From positions 6,568 to 33,439 of the forward strand of contig CAZCNK010000003.1 in assembly GCA_964500345.1 (NCBI GenBank): a DNA stretch of 26,872 nt. The letters are read 5' to 3'. A program made the position numbers and the translations under genes. Each line of letters starts with the position of its first letter. Position 1 is the first letter of the stretch. This DNA is from Candidatus Woesearchaeota archaeon. Lineage in GTDB: Archaea; Nanobdellota; Nanobdellia; SCGC-AAA011-G17; UBA489. Below, piece after piece: positions 16,546 through 23,365 of this stretch. The notes beneath the pieces were generated by a model that was not told the origin of the DNA, did not search any database, and worked only from the letters and a program-made list of their open reading frames with translations.

Positions 16546-16561
16546 TAAGTATTAATACTTA
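16546..16561. promoter_or_regulatory. 16-bp perfect palindrome TAAGTATTAATACTTA, candidate operator
   Basis: Perfect self-complement in the 266-bp divergent intergenic region, about 50 nt upstream of the TATAAATA box of the 16642 gene. Confidence 0.35.
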
Positions 16562-16641
16562 CATTGGAAAAAAGATTTTTTTTCTGAATATTAAAATCCT
16601 TTTTGGTAAAGTATAAATATAGTTGAGTAATTAGTTTAGGT

Positions 16642-18768
16642 ATGGATGGAGATGTTAGGGAGATTTTAGAGAGATACAAGGGAAAATTGGAGGATGGTAG
16701 TTTAGATTTTGAGAGTAGTTCTATTGGCTCCAGGGGATCTGGTGTGATGAGCAGGGAGTATGATATATTCAGGAGAGAAATGCTGGAGAAGAGGGTTAGT
16801 AATTATGAAAAGTGGTGCAATGTTGCTGAGAGAATTTTGAGAGTAAGGGCAAGTGAGAAGGAAAGAGAGGGTTTATTAAAATCTATTGAGACTAGCCATT
16901 TAAATATAAGCCCTGAGGGTGCTACTAGTTTTGCTGCGCTTGTTTCTGTTTTAGTAATTTTATTTGGCATAATGATTGGAGTTTTGAGTTATGCTTTTGG
17001 AGAATTGTGGTTGATTACCCCTTTATTTTTTGTGTTGGCTGGGGCTGTGATGATAAAACCTTTGACGCATATTCCAAATTATATTGCAAATAGATGGAGA
17101 TTAGAGGCAAGCAATCAAATGGTTTTATGCATTTTGTATGTTGTAATGTACATGAGGCATACTTCTAATTTAGAACATGCAATTAGATTTGCTGGAGAGC
17201 ATATAGGAGGGGCTTTAAGTTTGGATTTGAAAAAGGTTTTTTGGAACGTGGAGACTGGAAAGTTTTTTTCTATTAAAGAGAGTTTGGATAATTATTTGGA
17301 GGGTTGGCGGGGGTGTAGTATGGAATTTATAGAAAGTTTTCATTTGATTGAGGGAAGCTTGTATGAGATAAATGAGAATAAGAGAGTAGAGATGCTGGAG
17401 AAATCTTTGCAAGTAATGTTAGAAGGAACTTATGAAAAGATGTTGCATTATGCTCATAATTTACAGAGCCCAATTACTGTTTTACATATGTTAGGGATTA
17501 TATTGCCTGTTTTGGGATTAGTTATTTTTCCTTTGATTGGAAGCTTTTTATCTGGATTGATAAAATGGTATCATTTAGCAATTCTTTATGATATTATTTT
17601 GCCTGTTTTTGTTTTTTTTATGGGAAATAATTTATTGAATAAGAGACCAACTGGATATGGAGAGAGTGATGTAAGAAGAGATATGAATGTTGAGGAATAT
17701 AAAGAGAATTTTTTTGGAGCGGATCCTAAATTTGCAGGGATTTTGATTGGGGCTTTGATAGTTATGATTGGGCTAGTCCCAATGTTTGTTTATTTTTTTG
17801 CTCCTGGGTTTGATTTTGAATTCTTTGGAGGGAAGTTTTTTGATTACAAGGATGGGAATGGGCCTTATGGCATTGGGGCATTGATGTTTAGCCTGTTAAT
17901 TCCTATTGGATTAGCAGTTGGATTTTTTATTAATTATTATTTTAAGACGAGAAAGTTAATTTTTGTTAGGAAAAGAACAGATAATTTGGAGAAAGAGTTT
18001 TCTGGTGCAATATTTCAATTGGGAAATAGGATTGGAGATGGTGTTCCGGCTGAGGTTGCTTTTGGAAGTGTTACTGAAAGCATGAGAGGAACTGAGGCAG
18101 GAGATTTTTTTTTTTTTTTTAATGAGAATATTAGGAGATTAGGGATGAGCATCAAAGAGGCTATATTTAATGAAAAGGTTGGGGCTATTTTGTATTTTCC
18201 CAGCAAGTTAATTGAGAGCAGCATGAAGGTTTTGGTTGAGAGCAGCAGAAAAGGGCCTGGAACTGTGAGCAGGAGTTTAATTACTATAAGTAATTATGTT
18301 GATAGAATAAGGCAGGTAAATGAGAGACTAAAGGATTTGATGGCTGAGGTTTTGAGTAGCATGACATCGCAGATTAATTTTTTAACTCCTGTAATCGCTG
18401 GAATTGTTGTTGGTGTTGGTAGTATGGTAGTTACAATTATTAATAAATTAGGAGAACAATTTTCTCAAGTAAGTGTGCAGGGTTTTGATGCTGGAGGAAT
18501 TGCAGGAATTGCCAAGATTTTGAGGATTGAAGATGTTATTCCAGGATTTCAATTTCAAAGCATAGTTGGGATTTATTTAGTTGAGATAACAATAATATTA
18601 ACTATATTGGCAACTGGAATTGAGAGGGGTGTTGATAGAGTAAGCAATAGAAATAAGATTGCTAAGAATTTAATTAGAGCAGTAGGATTATATGTGGTAA
18701 TTGCATTTGTTGGAATAATAGTATTCAACTTATTGGCTAATGCTGTTAGTTTTTCAGTAGCAAGTTAG
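16642..18768 (+). CDS. Pilus membrane platform protein, T2SSF family with two domains (TadB+TadC-like fusion)
   Basis: 708 aa; two cytoplasmic helical domains (LEASNQMV..ILYVVMYMR..SNLE.AI.FA; LEKEFSGAIFQLGNRIGDGVPAE.AF), each followed by TM helices; next core gene after the ATPase. Confidence 0.8.
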   Translation: MDGDVREILERYKGKLEDGSLDFESSSIGSRGSGVMSREYDIFRREMLEKRVSNYEKWCNVAERILRVRASEKEREGLLKSIETSHLNISPEGATSFAALVSVLVILFGIMIGVLSYAFGELWLITPLFFVLAGAVMIKPLTHIPNYIANRWRLEASNQMVLCILYVVMYMRHTSNLEHAIRFAGEHIGGALSLDLKKVFWNVETGKFFSIKESLDNYLEGWRGCSMEFIESFHLIEGSLYEINENKRVEMLEKSLQVMLEGTYEKMLHYAHNLQSPITVLHMLGIILPVLGLVIFPLIGSFLSGLIKWYHLAILYDIILPVFVFFMGNNLLNKRPTGYGESDVRRDMNVEEYKENFFGADPKFAGILIGALIVMIGLVPMFVYFFAPGFDFEFFGGKFFDYKDGNGPYGIGALMFSLLIPIGLAVGFFINYYFKTRKLIFVRKRTDNLEKEFSGAIFQLGNRIGDGVPAEVAFGSVTESMRGTEAGDFFFFFNENIRRLGMSIKEAIFNEKVGAILYFPSKLIESSMKVLVESSRKGPGTVSRSLITISNYVDRIRQVNERLKDLMAEVLSSMTSQINFLTPVIAGIVVGVGSMVVTIINKLGEQFSQVSVQGFDAGGIAGIAKILRIEDVIPGFQFQSIVGIYLVEITIILTILATGIERGVDRVSNRNKIAKNLIRAVGLYVVIAFVGIIVFNLLANAVSFSVAS
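18105..18120 (+). repeat. T16 homopolymer inside the platform gene
   Basis: GGA GAT TTT x5 AAT gives GDFFFFFN; the frame is intact. Confidence 0.9.
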
Positions 18769-18780
18769 AAATGTTTATAT

Positions 18781-19485
18781 ATGGAAATTGATTTTAAGAT
18801 GTTAGTAATTTTTAAAGAAAGAGGTAAAATGAGAGAATTTCACTGGTTGCATGTTGTAAGCTTGTTTCTTTTAATAATGGTGGCTGGTTTTTTAAGCCAG
18901 GGTAACCTAACTGGTGGGGCTTTTTACAGGGATTATGGAGATGGTTATGGTGCTGGTGGATTTAATTTTTTTGGATATGGTGGTTATGGAGGATTTGGAT
19001 ATTTTAATTTTAGTGAGATGTATTATCAATATGCCTCTTTGATAGATGCCGTGATTTTTTTAGTTATCTTCTTGAGTTTGGGTAAAAGTATTTTTGGAGA
19101 GCATTTTAAGGAGAGTAAGGGAGTTTACATTGGGATTGGATTATTTTTAACAATGAGTTTGTTGTTGTGGGAGGAAAGAACTGGCTTTTCTCTTGTCGAA
19201 AGATTTGGACCTTTTGTTTTTTTCATTTTTTTGATAGTTTTAATATTTTATGTTTTTAAGTGGATAAAAGAGGCTGGAGCGGGGGCTTTGTTTGCAGCTG
19301 CTGTTGCTTATTTGATATTTTTCTTTTTTGTTTCAAGTTGGATTCAGGATTATGATTTAATGGGATGGTTGCCAGATGTAACACAAGGAATGATGTGGTG
19401 GCTTTTAACTGTAAGCTGGATTTTGGCTTGGTTTGTGGCTATTGGAAGCTTGATTTACTGGGTATGGAGTAAATTAAGCGGATAA
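18781..19485 (+). CDS. Multi-pass membrane protein with a Gly/Tyr/Phe-rich low-complexity loop
   Basis: 234 aa; YRDYGDGYGAGGFNFFGYGGYGGFGYFNF after the first TM. An internal ATG (MREFHW) is an alternative start. Confidence 0.75.
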   Translation: MEIDFKMLVIFKERGKMREFHWLHVVSLFLLIMVAGFLSQGNLTGGAFYRDYGDGYGAGGFNFFGYGGYGGFGYFNFSEMYYQYASLIDAVIFLVIFLSLGKSIFGEHFKESKGVYIGIGLFLTMSLLLWEERTGFSLVERFGPFVFFIFLIVLIFYVFKWIKEAGAGALFAAAVAYLIFFFFVSSWIQDYDLMGWLPDVTQGMMWWLLTVSWILAWFVAIGSLIYWVWSKLSG

Positions 19486-19554
19486 AAATAAATATAAGGT
19501 CAATAAATATAAACCCGATAATTATAAGGAAATAAATATAAAATGAATGATTAA

Positions 19555-19770
19555 GTGAGTAGATTGGAGGTAAGAATGAAAATAATGGTGACATTTGTTG
19601 GAATATTGACAATACTTGGAGGGTTATTGCCTTTTTTGGAGAAGATGAATTGGCTGCCTGAATCTGTGAAGTGGATTCCGACAAGTGGGCCTTGGTATCA
19701 GGCAATTATCATTGGTGTTGGGGTAATTGCTGTAATCTATGGAATAATGAAGAGTAGTAGTGAGCTATGA
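19555..19770 (+). CDS. Small two-TM membrane protein
   Basis: FVGILTILGGLLPFL and WYQAIIIGVGVIAVIYG helices; start GTG 19555 or a nearby downstream ATG. Confidence 0.75.
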   Translation: MSRLEVRMKIMVTFVGILTILGGLLPFLEKMNWLPESVKWIPTSGPWYQAIIIGVGVIAVIYGIMKSSSEL

Positions 19771-19874
19771 AGAAAGGAGAATTGGGTGTAATTTTGACTA
19801 TTGTAATCGTGATTGTATTTTTGTTTATCTTATTTTATATTGCAAGAAATGTCTTGGGTGATATACTTGGATAA
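19767..19874 (+). CDS. 35-aa pilin-like peptide with a class III signal peptide (not in the ORF track)
   Basis: MKKG|ELGVILTIVIVIVFLFILFYIARNVLGDILG*; ATGA overlap with the upstream stop (19767-19770). Confidence 0.7.
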   Translation: MKKGELGVILTIVIVIVFLFILFYIARNVLGDILG

Positions 19875-20583
19875 AAAAGGAGTTAGCATGGTAGTTGTTG
19901 GGGCCATAGTTATCTTAGTTGGAGCTATTGTGGTTTTTATTTTTTTAAATAATCTTAATCTTTTTGTCAGAGAGCAAAGCGAATTAGAGAAATGCAGGTT
20001 GAGTGTTTTAGCAAAATCGAAATCTAAACTGATTACGTTTGGAGCTGAGAGTGATGTTGAGCTGAAATGCAAGACTAAGATAGAGGAGATTAATGAGAGA
20101 GATAAAAAGATGGTTATGGGAATAATGGCTGAGAACATGAGGGAATGCTGGTGGAAATTTGGAGAGGGAAAGATTGATTTTTTGAGTGAATATGACTGGT
20201 TTGGGAGTGACTATAGATGTTTTATTTGCTCGAAGAAGATATTTAGAAATGATGTTGAGAGAATTACTCATGAGGATTTTGAGAGATTTTTAAGCACTAA
20301 GAAAATGGAGGGTAGTGATAAGGCTTATAAGAATTATTTTACTTGGGGTTCTAATAGAAATATTTATTCAGAGGGAAGTTATGATAAAGAATTTTCAACT
20401 AAAAATGGAGAGAGTGTTTATGCTGTATTTGTTGGGGCTAAGAAGACAATTCATCCAGAGAATGCTTGGTGGGGGGAGTATGTTGTAGCTGCTTTTGGGG
20501 GGGTTGCTTCGCCGCATTTTTTAAAATGGGTTTACGTTGTTAATGCTGAAGACATTAAGGAGAGGTGCGATACTTTAGAATGA
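19849..20583 (+). CDS. Pilin-like / surface protein with a class III-like signal and Cys-containing ectodomain
   Basis: DKKG|VSMVVVGAIVILVGAIVVFIFL, then CRLSV, CKT, RECWWKFGEG and CFIC. Start is uncertain: ATG 19849 keeps KKG, while ATG 19888 follows AAGGAG. Confidence 0.75.
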   Translation: MSWVIYLDKKGVSMVVVGAIVILVGAIVVFIFLNNLNLFVREQSELEKCRLSVLAKSKSKLITFGAESDVELKCKTKIEEINERDKKMVMGIMAENMRECWWKFGEGKIDFLSEYDWFGSDYRCFICSKKIFRNDVERITHEDFERFLSTKKMEGSDKAYKNYFTWGSNRNIYSEGSYDKEFSTKNGESVYAVFVGAKKTIHPENAWWGEYVVAAFGGVASPHFLKWVYVVNAEDIKERCDTLE

Positions 20584-20771
20584 AATTTAGAAAGAAAATT
20601 TTAAAGAAAGATTTTGTGAAGTTTTTTAGGAAAGGGGCAATGGAGTTTGAGGAAATTGGGAGATGGGTGATTGCAGTAGTTTTATTAGTTGTTTTAGTTG
20701 GGATTATAATTGTATTAAGCAAGAAGTATCCTTTAATTTTGGAGAAATTGAAATGGGTCTTGAGGCGATGA
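20580..20771 (+). CDS. Short pilin (class III signal peptide, Glu at +5)
   Basis: RKG|AMEFEEIGRWVIAVVLLVVLVGIIIVL; 44-aa predicted mature form; ATGA overlap with the upstream gene at 20580-20583. Confidence 0.8.
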   Translation: MKFRKKILKKDFVKFFRKGAMEFEEIGRWVIAVVLLVVLVGIIIVLSKKYPLILEKLKWVLRR

Positions 20772-20923
20772 GAATAAATTTTAGAAAGAGAGGATTTATG
20801 GAGTTTGAGAAGATAGTTGGATTAGTTATTGTTTTATTAATCATCATATTTAGCATTTTTGTTATACTAAAGATAACTGTTTTAAGAGATATTTTTTTGA
20901 AATTGTTTAATATTTTAAAATAG
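20768..20923 (+). CDS. Short pilin, paralog of the previous gene
   Basis: MRINFRKRG|FMEFEKIVGLVIVLLIIIFSIFVIL; 42-aa predicted mature form; ATGA overlap at 20768-20771 (track start 20663 overlaps the previous gene). Confidence 0.8.
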   Translation: MRINFRKRGFMEFEKIVGLVIVLLIIIFSIFVILKITVLRDIFLKLFNILK

Positions 20924-20952
20924 GAAAATTTTTATAGATAAAAATTAGGGGC

Positions 20953-22362
20953 ATGATTATGAAAAAAGGGGTTGGACATATCTGGTGGGTCATAATTGTT
21001 GCTGTATTAGCTGTAATGGTTCTTCTTTTTTCTGGTGGGTCTTTATATGGTATGGGAAGAAAGGCTTTAGATGTAACTAATAAAATTTTAGGAGGGGCTG
21101 AAAAGAGTGCAGAGGAGCTAAGTAATTTGGGGTTAAGTGATTTGACAGAAAAGGATGTTAAGATGTTAGAAGAGCAAGATAGGGTTGATGTAATCTTGGC
21201 TAATGCGCTTAGAGAGGCAGATGAGTATTATTCTAATAAGGATTATGAAAAGGCTTTAGAGTTTTATAAAAAATTTTTAGAGTTGTGTGAGAGATATGAA
21301 AGAGATTGCAGGCCAGCAGATAAAAAGCATGTTGATGATAGAATTAAGGATGTTGAAAATAAATTGAGGGAGATTGAGTTAAAGAGGATTAGTGAAGAGG
21401 CTAATCCTGGTAAGAAGATTGAGGCTTTAAGTGCATTTATTGGGAAAGTTCCTGATGGAAAAATAAAAAGTCAGGCGGAATTTTTGTTGGAGGAAGAGAA
21501 GAAAATAACAGAAGAATTGGAGAGTATTGATAAAGAGATTTTAAATAATTATGAAGAAGGGAGAAGGTTATTAGCTTCTGGTTTACCTAGACAAGCCGTT
21601 GAAAAATTTAAGGAATCAAGATTTTTGGCAGAGACTGGAGATTCGGAAGGTGATCTAGTAAATAGGTATCTCTTTTTATCTAATGTTGGTCTTGTTAGGA
21701 GTTATATTATTGTTGAGGATTGTGAAAATGGAAGGGCAGCAGCTTGGGAGCTAGATTCTATTTATAGGGCAGGGAAAGTTATTGCTTTTAATGATGCAAA
21801 GGATTTGTTTCTGGGTGGTGTGTATGATGTAGCAAATTGCTTTTATCAGAGAAGTGGAAAAAGGACAGAGGCATCAAAGTCAAGAGCTGATTATTTAGCT
21901 ACTTTAGATTTTGTTTATTCTATAGATAGGTATTATACTGGATTAATCAGTAGAGATAAAATTCCTAAGTTAGTTGAGATTTATGAGAATGTTGCTTATA
22001 ACTTAGCAGATCCTGCTGATTGTGAGTCAAGGGAAAGTATTGGTGATTGCCATAAAGAAAGTAGCACAATAAGTATTATGACTTCAGAAGGACTAAAGGA
22101 ATTTAATTTTGCTGTAACTAAAGAGATTGTTAAAAAATATCCTTATCTAGGATGTTGGTGGGAATTTAGAACGACTAATTATTGTAATTATTGTGATGTG
22201 AGCATTGCAGCTAGCAAGGGATATCCAGCAATTACTTCATGTTATGATTATTACCATCTTTTTAAAGGAGGGGCTAATGAGATAGTTTGTAAGACAGATC
22301 CTTGTGGATTGGGTTGTAGGTTTGTTGATAACTGGGGGCCTAATTCATGTGAAAAAATTTAA
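20953..22362 (+). CDS. Large pilin-like protein: class III-like signal, TPR-like helices, Cys-rich C-terminus
   Basis: MKKG|VGHIWWVIIVAVLAVMVLLF; ADEYYSNKDYEKALEFYKKFLEL and YEEGRRLLASGLPRQAVEKFKES look TPR-like; terminal CWW...CNYC...CYDY...CKTDPCGLGC. Confidence 0.75.
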   Translation: MIMKKGVGHIWWVIIVAVLAVMVLLFSGGSLYGMGRKALDVTNKILGGAEKSAEELSNLGLSDLTEKDVKMLEEQDRVDVILANALREADEYYSNKDYEKALEFYKKFLELCERYERDCRPADKKHVDDRIKDVENKLREIELKRISEEANPGKKIEALSAFIGKVPDGKIKSQAEFLLEEEKKITEELESIDKEILNNYEEGRRLLASGLPRQAVEKFKESRFLAETGDSEGDLVNRYLFLSNVGLVRSYIIVEDCENGRAAAWELDSIYRAGKVIAFNDAKDLFLGGVYDVANCFYQRSGKRTEASKSRADYLATLDFVYSIDRYYTGLISRDKIPKLVEIYENVAYNLADPADCESRESIGDCHKESSTISIMTSEGLKEFNFAVTKEIVKKYPYLGCWWEFRTTNYCNYCDVSIAASKGYPAITSCYDYYHLFKGGANEIVCKTDPCGLGCRFVDNWGPNSCEKI

Positions 22363-22443
22363 TGCTTCTTTGATTTAATGAGAAGAGTATATTAAAAATA
22401 AAGGTAGAAAGGTTTATAAATTTGGAATGGTGAGAGAATTAAG

Positions 22444-22839
22444 ATGAAGATGGATTTTAAGAAAAGAGGACAAGGATTGCCTTTAACAACTATTATAATT
22501 GCGATATTAGTTGTTGTTGTTTTAGTTGTTTTAGTTGCTTTTTTCTTGGGAGGAACAACAAGCATAACAAGAGGGATAAAGAGCTTGTTTTTTGGAACTA
22601 CTGCTGGAACTGATTTAACAATTGCTGTTGAGACTTGCAGAAATAGATGTGATCAGGCTCAGACTTTGCCGAGTGATACTTTAAAGAGAAATTCTGCTTA
22701 TTGCAAGACACCTTTCCATATGGATTATGATAAGGATGGAGAAGTGGACGTTGGAGATAATGGAGAGCCAATTGAGTTTTATTGCTGGGATGATAGACTA
22801 ATGGGAAGTACCGGATGTGCTGATGTTAGTTGTAAATAA
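22444..22839 (+). CDS. Archaeal type IV pilin (major pilin candidate)
   Basis: KKRG|QGLPLTTIIIAILVVVVLVVLVAFF; own TTTATAAA box about 25 nt upstream; six Cys and a DYDKDGEVD motif in the head. Confidence 0.85.
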   Translation: MKMDFKKRGQGLPLTTIIIAILVVVVLVVLVAFFLGGTTSITRGIKSLFFGTTAGTDLTIAVETCRNRCDQAQTLPSDTLKRNSAYCKTPFHMDYDKDGEVDVGDNGEPIEFYCWDDRLMGSTGCADVSCK

Positions 22840-22907
22840 AATTTGATGAGTTTGATAGGTAGTTAGATTTATAATTTATTTTTGTTTTAAGAGCATTGGT
22901 AATTCTA

Positions 22908-23363
22908 TTAACAATCTGTGATTGCTTCCTGCAGTTTGCCCATTGCAGAGTTCAAGTCAGTAATATACTTTTTCTGGTCATTAATTGCTTGCTCTACATC
23001 AGAAACAAATTTGCCATCTTCTCTAGCAAATTCTAAATCTACTTCGAGACCCTCTAAATCTTTTTCTGCTTCTGAGATTGCATTTGCTTGTGATTGTATT
23101 TCTTTTCTTGTGGAGTCTATATTATCACAGGCATTTTCTATAGAAATGGGGAATGATTGTGCTTCTTCATCACTTGCTTTACTTGTTATTTCTTTTTCAT
23201 ATGAATCAGTTGACGGAGTTTTCATTGCAAACTTTAAAATTAGAAATCCTGCAATTATTATAACCAGCAAAATTATCCATATGAATTTCTTACTTTTTGG
23301 CTTATTTTTTGGCTTTATGGTGCTCTTTCTTTTTTTATTTTCTTTTTTTATTTTCTTTGTCAT
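22908..23363 (-). CDS. Membrane-anchored coiled-coil protein
   Basis: Lys-rich N-terminus, one TM (FIWIILLVIIIAGFLIL), acidic heptads; starts 2 nt after the 893-aa gene's stop with AGGAG upstream. Confidence 0.75.
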   Translation of the reverse strand: MTKKIKKENKKRKSTIKPKNKPKSKKFIWIILLVIIIAGFLILKFAMKTPSTDSYEKEITSKASDEEAQSFPISIENACDNIDSTRKEIQSQANAISEAEKDLEGLEVDLEFAREDGKFVSDVEQAINDQKKYITDLNSAMGKLQEAITDC

Positions 23364-23365
23364 TC

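Noticed and set aside
17215-20271. ORFs 17215..17412, 18015..18224, 19439..19705, 19830..20138, 20008..20271
   Set aside because: Antisense to supported genes; no motifs.
20663-20767. N-terminal extension of the second mini-pilin given by the track
   Set aside because: Overlaps the preceding pilin in another frame; ATG 20768 gives ATGA coupling and a normal signal peptide.
13506-22839. Archaellum (arl/fla) operon or a conjugative T4SS
   Set aside because: No archaellin, ArlH (KaiC-like), ArlF/G, VirB4 or relaxase motifs recognised.
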